From: Lama glama
Lineage: Eukaryota
Length of the DNA: 64,000 nt
Direction: 5' to 3'
Assembly: GCA_028534125.1 (NCBI GenBank)
Contig: CM052816.1
Coordinates: forward strand, 78,928,001 to 78,992,000
The notes beneath the pieces are model-generated. The model searched no databases. It was given only the letters and a program-made list of their open reading frames with translations, and had not been told where the DNA came from. How positions within the stretch are numbered: the stretch's first letter is position 1; every line of letters begins with the position of its first letter. This document shows, one piece after another, positions 1-13,126 of this stretch. Made by a program: the position numbers and the translations under genes.

Positions 1-354
1 CAAGTATCTGTGAAATGAGCACATCTGGTGCCCCACTGAATGAATCTGCTTTGCGAGGCTCGTTGAGGGTTTGCACGTAAGGCCTCCCTGTCTGCAGACA
101 TCAGCTTCCTCTTCTTCTCAATGGAGATGGCGGTGGGGAATTAAACCAAATGACAAGCATCCAGCATGATGACTAGGAGGAAGTAGGGGCTCAGCCTTCC
201 CCATGACCCTGCCCTGATGTCACACTGCCCTAAACTGGGAGAGTATTACTGTCAGAGTGCTGGCAACATGTGGCAGGAGAAATACAGGAATCCATATTTA
301 GCAACTAACACTTGAGTTGCAATTAGTTTATCAGGCCTACCAGGTCATTTTCCA

Positions 355-420
355 GCTCAGTTCTTCTCAACCCTAGTGCACATTAGAATTCCTGGGCAGA
401 ATTTTAAAAGCTACCACTCT
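355..420. mobile_element. MER5A-like hAT-Charlie MITE fragment
   Basis: cagttcttctcaaccctagtgcacattagaattcctggg resembles the MER5A terminus. Confidence 0.55.
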
Positions 421-544
421 CTGGGTTTCAGTTTGTTCCTCTGTAAACTGGGAGCAGAGAGGTGAGTAACTTACCACGTGTTTCACAGCTGAAGAAAGCC
501 CCAGGTCAAATGAAGCCCAGCCAAGGGTGTTCACCCCAGTGGGT

Positions 545-705
545 ACTGTCTTTAGGTAAAATTATGATATTTCATCCATCATGGACTTTTTTGCATTAAT
601 TTTGAGTTTTAAAACATTGCATTATAATATTATTTATCTTGGTTCTTAAGGGTTTTTTTTTGTTTCTTTCCTTTTTTTTTTTTTTGGCATTCCCTTCAAT
701 ATTAT
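545..705 (-). mobile_element. hAT-Tip100 DNA transposon fragment (MER96B-like)
   Basis: ttttgcattaattttga...attgcattataatattatttatcttg matches the recalled MER96B internal segment. Confidence 0.45.
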
Positions 706-1449
706 ACAAAGCCATAGCCAAATGATGGGGAGTACTTAACAGGAAACCTCATCCCATTTCACCTGTCTGGGAATGGCATTTAGAAACGGAAATGAACTGG
801 ACATCCTGTCTTTTCCCTCAGAGGGTCATGTTATGCCTCACTACACTTCTGTGCTGTGTTTCCAGGAGCGGTGATGGCTGGTCACAAGGATAAGGATGAG
901 CAGCTGGTCTGTGGCACAGCTGGCCGCTGGCCCATGAATTTCTGAGGCTTCTCTATGAGAAGTCGGTGGAGAGTAAATTGAAGACTGCTTAGATTTGGGC
1001 TGTGTCTCTTTAGCAGCTTAAGCAGTGGATGAAATTCCTCCCCAAAAGGAGTATTCATTACTTGACCTGCCACTAGCTTATAGTTAAGCTTTTGACTTTG
1101 TCTGGCTTGAAATTTTTAGCACATACTCATCTGAATTAGGAAGTAAGTGAGTGACAATACCGGAACCACACCCTTACACATTGTTGGACCAAAAGATAAT
1201 TGATTTGCCTCAAAGGAGAGCCATGTTTATCAGGCCAGGAGACAAGTGAACGGTTTCCAAAGGGAACACTGGGAGAAGGTGAAGCCTGAGATCCAGCGAA
1301 AAGTCCTTCCTGAGACAGGAGACAGATACCCGTGCTGCAGGTGGAGTCACACCTGTCTAACTTTATCTGCCTCAGGGAATGTCTCCAGTCACCTCAGAGG
1401 CTATGGCTGAATTCTCAACAGTTTCTCTAAACTCGCCTTTACTATGATT

Positions 1450-2096
1450 TCAATTCCCACTAGAACATAAGCTCCGTAAGGACAAGGATTTTTGCTGGTT
1501 TAGTTCCATGCTATGTCTACAGTAATGAGAATAGAGTTTTACCTGAAATAGGTGCTAATAATCATGCCACCCTCCTGACTGCATCTTCAATATCTTCTGT
1601 TTCCTTTAAAACAGTGAAGCCCTCGTGTGGTCTAAGGGCCTGCGTCACCTGCCCCTGCATACTTCTCCAACTGCGAGCCAGGCCACCTTTCCTTCACTCA
1701 CTGTGCTCCGAGCTTGCTCCCTACCAGGACTTTGCAAATGTTTTCTCCAACGAGTCAGACACACACACACACACAATACTTCACAGGACTAGCTCCTTCC
1801 TTTATATCTGTAAAAAGGTCTTCTCTTCACAGAAGGCTGCTCTTACCCATGGAGAGTCTTTCCTCCTTTACTCTGATCACTACATTCTGTTTCTTTCAGA
1901 GCACTTTTCTCAACTTGTACCTAAAATTTTTGGTCCATTTATTACCTATCTCTATTAGGCTCTGGAACCCACAAGGGCATGAGCATGACTTCATTTGCCC
2001 CAATATATGCATTCTCCTCCGAAAGACCCTGACATGGAAGAGGTACTCACAAATTACTTGTGGAATGGACACATGAATGAATGAATGAATGAATGT
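1450..2096 (+). mobile_element. L2 LINE 3' fragments ending in (GAAT)n tail
   Basis: cccactagaacataagctccgtaaggacaagg; ggactttgcaaatg; terminal atgaatgaatgaatgaatgaatg typical of L2 3' ends. Confidence 0.7.
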
Positions 2097-2535
2097 CTTC
2101 AGTATGAGTGATCCAGTCCTAGACTAAAGTCTGAGGATGGAGCTCTCCATCTCTCTCTGACCAGACTCTTCCCTCCAGGTGCTCTCCTTCCTTGTCCCAG
2201 TGGCTAAACACTGCCGGTTAGCTGCCCTGGCCCTTCAAATGCCCCAGCTTCGGGTCGGACAGCCTAGACAATGCTCCTGGGAGATGCTGAAGACTGAAAT
2301 GTCATGAGGTGCTGTGCATAATATTTAACTGTTAACAGAAACGCATCATTCTAAATACTGTGGGAATTCGGGGCATGACAGACAGCTTATGGGGGAGAGA
2401 TTTGTGTGAGGACAGGAGTGGCCCTTCACCCCACAGAGGCAGCTACCAGCCAGTTGTCTGAGCAGGAGACAGATCCTGGCACAGCCGCTATAATCAGTTA
2501 AAACCAGGTTCACCTGGGATTTTCATGCCAGTCTC

Positions 2536-2720
2536 TTTTTTTTTTTNNNNNNNNNNNNNNNNNNNNNNNNNNNNNNNNNNNNNNNNNNNNNNNNNNNNNN
2601 NNNNNNNNNNNNNNNNNNNNNNNNNNNNNNNNNNNNNNNNNNNNNNAAATCCCAGTCTATCCCTTCCCACTCCCTGCCCCCTTGGCAACCACAAGTTTGT
2701 ATTCTATGTCTATGAGTCTA
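2536..2720 (-). mobile_element. Young camelid-type L1 3' end, interrupted by 100-N gap (2547-2646)
   Basis: Poly-T, then cccagtctatcccttcccac...ggcaaccacaagtttgtattctatgtctatgagtct; reverse complement of the copies at 17772 and 23649. Confidence 0.85.
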
Positions 2721-2984
2721 TTGAAGATTCTAACTGTATATTGGCTAGCTTGCACTATTTTCCCTTCTTACACCAAACTGAAGAGAAATAATAGAAGCGA
2801 CATGACACACCACAATGTAGATAATACTTACATTTAGGTGTTGAGATATGAGTATTTTTAGTGTTTTCTCCCCACATTCGTCTACTTAAATTTTTGAATT
2901 TATTGACAATGTTACTTTTATAATTTTAGAATAAGGATTATTTCATGTGTTCTTTTTTGTGTTCGTATATATTTTGATTGTATA

Positions 2985-3197
2985 GTGGTGTGCAGTTCAA
3001 CATGGTAGCCACTGATGTCATGTGAGTATTCAAATTTAAAGTAATCAGATTAAATTCAATTAAAAATTCTGTGCCTCAGCTGCACTGGCCAAGTTTCAAG
3101 AGCTCAGTCGTCACATGTGGCTAATGGCTACCATTTTGGACAATCCAGGTATAGAACATTTCTATTACTACAAAAAGTTCCATAGGAAAATGTTGGG
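2985..3197 (-). mobile_element. MER3 hAT-Charlie MITE
   Basis: cacatgtggctaatggctaccattttggaca and tatagaacatttctatt match MER3; ~210 bp. Confidence 0.8.
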
Positions 3198-3954
3198 TAG
3201 AGTGTGTAGGTTTTCAACATTTGAATGTAAAATCAGAGACTTACAAGGTGTCGAAGAGAACTGTTGATGCGACAGAGGTTTGAAGAGAGCAACTGTTTGG
3301 GTTTCTTGTGATCCTAATGCAGTGGCATTGATTCGTCTCTGAGAAAGGTTGTTGGTTGGCTTACCAGGGTCCTTGGGAGGTCTTTGGATGGGAGAAATGT
3401 GTCCTTGATATTTTATAGCTGTAGAAGTTGTCACTGAGTTCGGCCATCTGAGAATTTTTCCAAAGGAATCTGAAAAGACTGGACAAGATGCCCATAATGA
3501 TGTGTCAGTCTCTGGGGCCACTCTGGGGACCCACCTTCCTATGGGAAATTTCCATGAGCTTACTTGAAATCAGATTTCTTATTTCCCTAGTTCTTATTCC
3601 CATTAAAAGGCCTTTAGGATCTGTTTTTGAACTAATCCCCTTTGATGAACTGCAGAATAACCTAATGATAAAGTAAAGTTATTATGCAACCCGTCCGGGA
3701 AGTTGTGCTCAGCCACTAGGCCAGGCTCTTCTTTGAAAGACACTTAGGGACTAAGAGACCTTCAACACAACAACACAAGACATGAGCAGCAAAACTTACT
3801 CTGTAATCACCAAAAATTGCCTGGTGTCAAGACGAATTCCCAAACCCACACTCCTGGTGGCCTAAGAAATATGTCACATCTGCTTCAGCCGTCATAAGCA
3901 AGAGGCACCTACATTATTAGCTAAGAGGTATAAGGATATAGTCATTCATAGACC

Positions 3955-4050
3955 TTTTTTCAACAAATCTTTAGTGAGCACCTACTATGTGCTAGATATC
4001 AGAGATAGAGCAGTAAAGAGGTCTGACCTGGATACTGCCTTACAGAGTAC
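3955..4050 (-). mobile_element. L2 3' fragment
   Basis: caacaaatctttagtgagcacctactatgtgctag. Confidence 0.65.
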
Positions 4051-5009
4051 CACCTCAAATTATTATAACAGCAACCTTATCAAGGTCAAGGATAATTTTA
4101 AATAACCAGAAATGAGCTGATACCCAAGGGTCTTTTTTGGCAAGAATCAGGATTGTCTCCAGTGAGCAAGAAAGCTAAATCTCAAGCTACATGTCTTAAG
4201 CAGGAAAGATGCAGAACATATGAGTGTGTTTTATATCACTTTATCTCTTGAGCTACTCAAGAGAGCCCTTAAATGTCCTTTAGGTCTGTGCATGAAGAAA
4301 GAGATCAAATGTTTCTGTCATTGGGCCCTGTAGGGGACATTGATCACCATATGAAACAGTGCCATGAAGTAAACTACCAAGACCTGTAATACCTCACTGC
4401 CTTCTCCAAGCACCCTTGGTTGACATGGAACAGGGAAGAGCTACCAAAATTGTTGCTTAAAGTCTATGATGAAAGGGCAAGTTCCTTAAATAAGTAAGAC
4501 TACAGTTGCTGGAAATGACATGAAGAATGTGCGACAACACGAAAACAGAAGGAAAGAGCAAAAGGACAAGATGTCATCTTCAAATATCTTTTTGCCTATA
4601 CAAAATGAGAAATCAAAACTTGCATGTTAATCCTAAGAAAGAGACACTCAGATGATACCCTGAAGAGCAGCATGTAATTGATCAGAAAGGGTGCACTTGT
4701 AAATCTTACTGTAATCTCTCTTCTTTCATGCCAGCTTCTAGATCTCACACTGAGATATCATAATGATGTCTGGTTGAAGGCCAGGGACAGGAAAAGGAGG
4801 AAAGGGCATGTAAAGGCCTCAATCAATGAATCAATCAATCAGTGGAGGAAAGGAAGTGTATAGAAATCAGCATAAGGAATTGTGGTGGAGGTTACAGCAC
4901 AACATGAGGATGTTGCTAGAAGCCCTTCCAGACCAATGCACACTGGTACTGTGACTGTGTTTTGGAAAATATTTGCTGAGTACGAGAGTTAGTAACATTT
5001 GAGCCCAAA

Positions 5010-5440
5010 GAGATTTAGGAATCATCAGTAGTTGTTAACAGTTAAAACAAATAGCATAAACAAGATCACTGGAACATGTAACATGAAAAGAGTAGGGGCC
5101 ATCAAAAACACTTGAGTGGCCGCAATGTTTGAAGTCGAGAGAGAAGGTAAGAAATCCATCAAAGGGTACAATCAAATGGTCAGAGAGAACAAGTAGAGTG
5201 TGCTGTTGGAGAAGGTAAGAAAGTAAATTTAGAAAATTTAGAGAAGTGTTACCTGATTAAACACAGCTGAGAAGTGCAGTCATCTAAGGACCATAAACTG
5301 TCCATCGATTTGGCAACGTTTACCAGAGAAGTTTGAATAGAATAGAATGGTGTGAGCATGACCAGATTGCAAGGGATTGAGGAGTGACAAGGAGGAGAGA
5401 AAATGTGGATGGAACTGGCTTTACAAGATCCTTAGCATGA
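5010..5440 (-). mobile_element. L2 internal fragment (degenerate)
   Basis: gatttggcaac...gaccagattgcaagggattgaggagtga is typical antisense L2. Confidence 0.5.
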
Positions 5441-6255
5441 TGACCCATGTGGACATTGTTCATAAGCTTTAATTCCTGAAGACCCTGTCTTGCTAAATCG
5501 TAGACGTTATCTTCAGACCTGAGCTGCCTGATCTGAACTGAGGAAGTATCCAAATCACAGAGTGTTCGAACCTTGATTCTACTTTGAGTATTAAAAACAT
5601 TGTTTAGCTCTTAGAGAAATAATACTTTTGAAAACTTTCTCCATAGCAATTCTTGCCTTTCTCTGTCGTGTAAAATTCCCCACAAGCATTAGGTCTGGAG
5701 GGCTCAAAGGAAATGATCTGGCATTCTTCCTCAGAGCAAAACAAGCTTTGGGGACTTGTCAGGCATTGAGCCTTGCAAAGCACCTAGGAAAGAGGCAAGG
5801 AGTGGGTCTCTTGATCTGCTGTACAGAGAGACTAGGTTCTGTATAACCTTTGGGAAAATAGAGAAGATGATCAATAAGCTTCAGCTCTGCAATGTTGCCA
5901 GAAGTCTTTGCACAAATAGAGAAACACCCTGGAGGTGTTGGAAGGCAGATCCTGCCTTTTATTAAACAATTAAAACTTCAAAGTTGTTCATGTAGATCAG
6001 CCACAGAAGTGCCAAGAAAAATATCTTAATGATTGCTTGTTCTATTTCATAAAGACAAGAGTCCAAGATTAGTGCTTTCAAACTTTATCTTTTCATCAAA
6101 TTCTTTTCGTGACTAAATTGTTCTATATCCATGTCTATGTCTATATCTATATATCAGATAGAAAAGCTGGACTAGTGTGATTGAAGCTGAGCAACATCAG
6201 GCCAAAGTTACCTCCTTGAGTTGCAAGACACAATTGAAAAGTCTTATCCCTCGAA

Positions 6256-6417
6256 AAGTGTCTCACATCCTGGCTGCAGATTAGAATCACCTATGGGCAA
6301 ATCCTAATGCATTTTGGGATCTTGATTTAATTAGTCTAGGGAGATAAGCTTTGGCAAGGCATTTTTTAGAGGCACCCCAGATGGTTCTATTATGCAGTGA
6401 GGGTTAAGAACTGTTGC
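6256..6417. mobile_element. MER5A hAT-Charlie MITE
   Basis: ggctgcagattagaatcacct...gatttaattagtctaggg...ttctattatgcagtgagggttaagaactg. Confidence 0.75.
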
Positions 6418-6807
6418 CCTTGAGAAAGACTCTATTTATGAGAAACCTCATTTTACTATTTAAAGTAAAATTGCTGTTAAAACAATAGTTATGGGATATT
6501 CCACCACTGATAATCAAATATCTCAGTTAATGAAAGTTGGCAAGTTTAGCATGCATGGAAATCTGTTCTACATGGAATTAGAGTAAAACAATAAACACAT
6601 TATGAAAGTCAGACTGAACATCTCATTCAGCCAACATTCACTCACAAATCATTTCTTGAATGCCTATTATGTGGCATACTCTAAGAAAGGGGCTTAAAGG
6701 GTTACTTAAATTAGTCTTCTCTAATCTTTGCTCTCAAAAAACTGTAAGTCTTTCTGTGGAAGGTAGAATGGTAAGATATACAGAAAAATCTAAGAATCAA
6801 GAAACAC

Positions 6808-7054
6808 TGCAGAGAATGACAAACTTGCAGTTGCAACATAAATGAGTCATAGGAATGAAATATACAATATGGGAACACTTTCAATAATTATGTAATACCT
6901 TTGCATGATGACAGATGGTAACTAGACTTATCGTGATCATTTTGAAATGTCTAGAAATATCGAACTGCTATGCTGTGTAACAGGAACTAACATAGTGCTG
7001 TAGATCAATTATACTTCAAAAACAAACACATAAACTCATAGCAAAGAAAAAAAA
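6808..7054 (+). mobile_element. L1 3' end (laurasiatherian/cetartiodactyl type) with 9-bp TSD
   Basis: gatggtaactagacttatcgtgatcattttgaaatg...aattatacttcaaaa plus poly-A; aagaaacac at 6799-6807 and 7055-7063. Confidence 0.8.
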
Positions 7055-9367
7055 AAGAAACACAAAGGGTTTATACTGCCTTGAGTTCATTGTCATTTTG
7101 ATAGATCTAAGATGACTAAAAATTCTAGACACTACTCCCATCAAAAAGTGACATCTATTTTCCTCTCCTTTTGTATGATATGATGATGGCCTTGTAGCCT
7201 TCTTTGTTCAATAAATGCAGCAAAAGTGAAATAGTGTTAGTTGTAGGCCTAGATTTTAAGGTTGAGGTTTTAAGAAACTTGACAGCTTTTGTCTTGTTCT
7301 CTTGTAATCTTCAGGCACCATGTGAAGTGGTCCAGTTACCTCGCTGGAGAGAACACATGGAGAGGGAGATGCCTGGCTGTTCAGATATTTGAACAAAGTG
7401 CTATATATGTGAACAAAGCCATCTTGAACTGTAGCCTTGAGACTATCATGTGAGGAAACTCGAGTTAGCCATGTGGGGAAGCCACGTGGAGAACTAAGGC
7501 ATTCTAGCCTGTGGCCCAAGCTCAGTTGCCAGATGAATATAGTTTCATGACTGACCAAGGGAAATCATTGGAAGAATCACTCAGTCAACCCACAGAATCA
7601 TGAACAGCAATATAAAGTTTTCCTGTCACTAAGACTTAGGATTGTTTGTTACACAGCAATATGTAATTCATACAGAAATTGGTAACTAGAAGTGAGATGT
7701 GGCCATAAAGAAAACCTAAAATATGTGGGGCATAGCTATAGAACAGGTAGTGGGTGGAAGCTGGAAGGGTAGCAAGGAGACTAGTAGCGGAGATTGGAAC
7801 AGTAGTAAAGTACTTGCTATTGAAAGCTGGAGAAAACAATACTCATATTGTGTAGTACTGAATTGTTTATCAACACTGTTGTCTGTGATAACCTGGAAGA
7901 TAGAAAATACATCAATGAATTTATGGATCTGGCAAAGGATATTGCCAGGCAAAATGCTGAAAGTGAAAATTTGTTTTAGCTATCTATGATAAAGTATGGT
8001 AAGACGGAAATGAATGAGCCAAAGAAGAAATTATTCCTTCTTAAAACAGAAGTTAGTGGAAATGTTTCCTACCCTGGACTTGCTAGGTTGGAAAATATGT
8101 AGACTTTTCATGCGTCAAAAGGAAGAAATGGTCTCAGGGTAAAGATCAAATCCAAGATGCTGACAGTAAAAGAGGGACTGAAGAAAAGACCTAATCAAGG
8201 TTGTATGACCTTGCTTTGTGGTTGTGCATCCTTTTGTTAAGACCTCGGAAAGATGTAAGAATCTTAAGACCATTGTTCCACAGAACCCTGACTTGCAGTC
8301 TAAAGAAAAGAGGTGCCTATCTTGGAAAAGTTTACGTGTGTGACTTTTATTTAATGAAACGAACATATGATGCTTAAAAAACAAAGTTTTAAAGAGAATT
8401 GTGTTGGCAAAAGTATCACCAATTTGGACTAAAAGGGACAGGGGCAGTACAAAATAAAATGAGACTTCTGGACTCCAAAGTTTGTATAGGCAGAAACCAG
8501 GCAAAGAAAGTAACTCAGCTTTAAACTCGGGCCTTATAGAAAAGAAGGGCATTCTTAGGAAATAGAGCCAAGATCCAAATGGTATAACCAAGAGATACCA
8601 AGAACAGTAGATTGAAAAGAGACTCTAAAAGAGCAGACCTGGGCCCTAATCAAGAAGCATTCTCTGCACTGTAGTAGGAGACCCTGACAATCTGTGGATT
8701 TCCAAATTACTATGGATCAAGGACTTCTACATACGCTCCTTTCCTCCCTCTTGGAGTAAGAATATCCATTATTGTGATTCTCTTTGTCTCACTTCTGTAT
8801 GTTGGGTGTTTGGGGAGGCAGAAAATTTATCTTTTTAATTCACAGATCTATAGGTAATGAGAAGCCATAGTGATGGTCTGTTCCCAGAGAACTGCCTTAG
8901 GGGCTTCATTCATATCTGAACCTGACTTAGATGACAAAATCCTAGATCTCAAGCCTGTGCCTGATGCCATAATGGAATGAGGTGCCTACAGATCTTGGGA
9001 AGGGATGAGTGTATCTTGCATTTGGGAAGAATATAAATAATTTAGAGCCATATATTATTACAGATACTCACAAATTCTATGCTTTCTTTCCATCAAGAGA
9101 TGCAGTTTATCTTCCCTCTCCTTGAATCTGGGTTGGCATTGTGAATTGCTTTGTTCAATATAATGTGGCAGAAGTGGTGCTAGTTTAGTCTAGGCTAAAA
9201 CTTCTTTAAGAATCAGCAACCTTTGCTTTATTAGAAGAAGTCAAGATGTCCAGCTACTTTGCTGGAGAGACCACATGGCCAGCCCCTAGCAAGTCCAGCC
9301 ATCTCAGCTGAAGTCCCAGACATGTGATGAAGCCATTTGGAATGCTGCCTTAAGACCACCATGCTGT

Positions 9368-9602
9368 CACACTAAGTGAAGTGAGCCAGACAGAGAAAGA
9401 AAAATACCATATGATATCACTTATATGTGGAATTTTTTTAAAAAAGGAGACAAATGAACTTAGTTAGAAAACAGAGACAAACTCACAGACATAGAAAACA
9501 AACTTATGGTTACCAGGGGGGAGGGGGTGGGGAGGAAGAAATTGGGAGTCCAGGATCTGTAGATAGTAACTACTATATATAAAATAGATAAACAACAAGG
9601 TG

Positions 9603-9648
<46 letters not shown>

Positions 9649-9797
9649 CACAGGGAAGACTATATTCAATACCTTGTAATGGCCCATAATGAAAAATAAT
9701 ATGAATATATGTATGTATGTATATATAATGAATCACTATGCTGTAGACCAGAGATTAACACAACATTGTAATCAACTATACTTCAACTTAAAGAAAA
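9368..9797 (+). mobile_element. L1 3' end inserted into the MLT1 3' LTR, with 16-bp TSD
   Basis: ctaagtgaagtgagccagacagagaaag...caactatacttcaa plus A tail; aagaccaccatgctgt (9352-9367) vs aagactaccatgttgt (9798-9813). Confidence 0.9.
9604..9647. repeat. (TA)22 microsatellite
   Basis: Perfect TA run inside the L1 3' UTR. Confidence 0.95.
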
Positions 9798-10399
9798 AAG
9801 ACTACCATGTTGTGAGGAGGCCCAAGCTACCATACAGACGAGCCACATGGAGAATGAAGGCATCACAGCTCACAGCCCCAGCCTACCTGCCAACTAAATG
9901 CACCCAAGACAAGGATGGAAGAAGAACTGTGTTCAACTCACAAAATCAGCCATCGAGTTTTGGGGAGGTTTGTTTTATTTATTTAGAAATGGATAACTAA
10001 CACCATTGTGAGCTGTAATTGGAACATTCAAGATACGCAGAAGAATCCTCAAACAAAAAGTCCCAGCGGGAAGTTTAGTTCAACTAGCTATTTTGTATTA
10101 ACAGGTTTTATTAACTGCACCTCAGGATGGCATCAACAAAAACAATTCCAGGATGCTTGGGAATAAGTAAACTAGAGAGTAATGCAGCACAGAGAAGAGA
10201 ACTTGATTCCACTTTTTCTGTAGTTATGTGTAGATAGGCAACATGCTGGAAAAAGTTACTCAGTAGATAGTTATTAAGGATCTACTATGAGTGTCAGAAT
10301 AACCTAAGGAGAAAAAACTTACTAGTTTCCAAAGAGTGAAGGGAATTTAAAAACCTAAATAATTCAAATATTCGCCAGTTTCAGAGCTTAACTAGCCCA

Positions 10400-10945
10400 A
10401 TATTAGGGAGGTGTTTCCTCCTCTTCTATTTTATGGAAGAGATGATGTCGGATTGATATTAATTCTTTGTTAGACATTTGGTAGTATTCTCCAGTGAAAC
10501 TATCTGGACCTGGAATTTTGTTGGAGTTTTATAATTATTAATTTAATTTCTTTAATAGTTATAGAACTACTCAAATTATCTCTCTCACGTTGGGCGAGTT
10601 GTGGTAATTGATGCTTTTCTAGGAACTGGTGCATTTTATCTAAGGTGTCGAATTTGTGTGTAGAATTGTTTCTAGTGTTCTCTTACTATCCTTTTGAAAC
10701 CTGCTGGGTTAGTGATATCCCCTACTTCATTTTTATGTTAGTCACTTACCTTCTCTTTTCCTTTGTCAATCTTGTTAGAGTCTCAATTTTATTGATTTTT
10801 CAAAACACCATCTTCTTGATTTACTGAATTTCTCTATTTTTTTTCTATTTTCAATTGTATTGATTATTGCTCATAACTTTATTATTTCCTTCCTTCTCCT
10901 TCCTTTGGGATTATTTTGCCTTTATTTTGCTAGTTTATTGAAGCT
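10400..10945 (-). mobile_element. Old L1M ORF2 fragment
   Basis: tcctcttctattttatggaagag...tttggtagtattctccagtgaaactatctggacctgga is antisense L1 ORF2. Confidence 0.75.
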
Positions 10946-11609
10946 TTTTATTCTATGGGAAAATACTACCTGAGTTTACCACATATGTTTGTGCTTCCTT
11001 AAATATATGTATTATATACAATTATCTAATCACTATATACTCTCATATAGTTCTTAAACAAGCTTCTGTCATGTTCATGTGAAGCCATCAAAGTACATCT
11101 GAAAATGCTAGCAAAACTCATAAAATGTGTGTAGATTGAAAAAAAAATCACCAAACAATCAGTACCAGCTGGCATGTCCCCAGTATTCTTAGGTCAATCA
11201 GGATAAATTATACCAGTAACAGGAGCAGACTTTCGGTGTTTTTTTCTGTTGCTCTAAAATTTTCCCCTAAGCAGTAACCTAGCAGTGGAAAATCCCCAGC
11301 ACAGAGGGTTCATAGAGGAAGGTTCATAGAGGAAGTGTGGTAAACATGTGCTGGTCACTAGTTTTATCTTTCAATGGTGTGTTTCCATTAATAAATGGTT
11401 CTCAAAACAACAAAGAATTTGAGTGTGTAAATGCTCAGATTAGCGGCCAAGCTACATAAAGAACAAAGTGTGGTTCAGAAGGGATGACTGGCGTATTTTC
11501 TTATATTTGTGCTGGTGCTCATTTGAAATTGCTTGACATATTCTTAAGAGGCAAACAAAAAACCACCAAAACTGAATTTTAAAACCATACAGTTATTTTT
11601 AGAGATGTA

Positions 11610-11716
11610 CAGGCCTTAAGAGAAAACAAGGACCCAGTATGATTAAGTGATTTGCTAAAAGTCACTCAGCCAAGTCCCGGCAGAGCCTAAGCTCAGACTG
11701 CCCAACCCTCTTCCAC
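11610..11716 (-). mobile_element. MIR fragment
   Basis: gattaagtgatttgctaaaagtcactcagc...ggcagagc resembles the MIR core. Confidence 0.55.
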
Positions 11717-12095
11717 CATTTACTTAACAAATATTTATGGATGGCTTACGATATGATAGGAAGTGCTCTAGGTGCTTGGACATAAAAGGCAAAAATCCTT
11801 GACCCCATAAAACTGGCAGAGGGAGAAAGATAATAAACAATTAATGAATTAACAAAGTGAATGACCTAGTATGTTAGATGGTAACAAGTGCTATTAAAAA
11901 AGTAGGTAGAGCAGAGCAAGAGGAATTGGGAGTGAGAGCAGGGCAATTCTAAGTAGTGTGGTCAGGGCAGGCCTTGTAGAAAAGACCTGAAGGTGGAAAG
12001 AAGCTAGCCATGGGTGTAACTGTGTGGGAGAGAGCATTTCAGCAGAGGGTAGGGCCAGTGCAAAAACCCTAAGACAAGAGTGGGCCTAGTACAGT
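11717..12095 (-). mobile_element. L2a 3' region
   Basis: catttacttaacaaatatttat...gtgctctaggtgcttgga...gatggtaacaagtgcta. Confidence 0.75.
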
Positions 12096-12164
12096 TTCTG
12101 AGACATGCCTGCCATGTTTGAGACGTCATCGCTTACACTATCTGCAACACGTCCTCTAATAATC

Positions 12165-12480
12165 ATGGAGTTATAGGTGCTTATAGTTTGGAGGACCTGG
12201 AAAATTGTGCAGTCCAACCTTTCTGCCAAAGCAGGAGTGTTCAGCACTGTGGCTCTGATCCACACATGCCCAGGCTGTGAACGAATCCCTCCAGGTCAGG
12301 AGCTCACTGGCTCAAAAGCAGTGCATAAAGTCTTCTTTTTTTTCCTACTTTCAACGGTTAGAAGTCTTGTCTTATGTTGATCTGAAATCTGCCTCCCTTT
12401 GCCTCTGCCCTGTGATTCTACCTTTACCGTCTGGAGCAGCACAAAATCGTCTCCAGATTCTGTGCCATGACATGTCACTC
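12165..12480 (-). mobile_element. L3/CR1 LINE 3' fragment
   Basis: agtccaacct...aaagcagga...ggagctcact...gttagaagtcttgtcttatgttgatctgaaatctgcctccc. Confidence 0.6.
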
Positions 12481-12859
12481 TTTTGTCTTCCTTTCTTCAA
12501 CTGTCTACTCTTCCCGGACAGCTTTTAAGTTCTTCTCTAGACCACTGCTTTCTAAACATCTTCATTGTTCATACTTGTCAGTAAAATAATGGTGAACATT
12601 TATTTCCCAATAATGCCTATTAACTTCTTTATAGATCATATCTATGCACTACTGTACCAATTCATCATATACACTGTAACACAGATAAAAGGAAACTAAA
12701 GAAGGCAACGAGCTAAAAAATAGAATTTCAGATCTTTTCTCCCTACACCTCATGGATCACCTTGCTCACTTTGGACATCTACTCTAGGCAAATTCTTTAT
12801 GTCTCCCCTAAATTATGAATGGAAAAACCATAGTCTAGGTAGAATATTTACAGATAACA

Positions 12860-13126
12860 GTGACAAAAGCTTGGGCTGAGGAAGGAACAGAGAAAAACCA
12901 GTCCTATCCTCATTCTGCCGTTGTTAGTTGCATGATTTGATGCAAGTTACTTAACATTTCTATCTATGCCTCAGTTTCCTCATCTAAAAAATGCAATAAA
13001 CAATGCTGTTATTGAGGGGCTAGCAATGCCTTATAATGTTTTGAGGATCGGACAGGAGAACCAACATAAAGCGCTTCATACCATATCTAAGCACAAAGTA
13101 AGCATTCAATGATGATTAGCTATTAT
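12860..13126 (+). mobile_element. MIR SINE
   Basis: caagttacttaac...tgcctcagtttcctcatctaaaaaatg core; ends ttagctattat. Confidence 0.8.

Larger units (their letters stand above)
7097..10002 (+). mobile_element. Complete MaLR element (MLT1G-like): 5' LTR ~7097-7674, internal ~7675-9050, 3' LTR ~9051-10002 (interrupted by L1)
   Basis: Two homologous LTRs (ccatcaa...ctggagagaccacatgg...aagccat) ending ...ca; the internal region starts gaaattggtaactagaagtg, the MLT1-int start. Confidence 0.8.

Noticed and set aside
8115..8591. 158-aa ORF
   Set aside because: Antisense frame within the MLT1 internal region.
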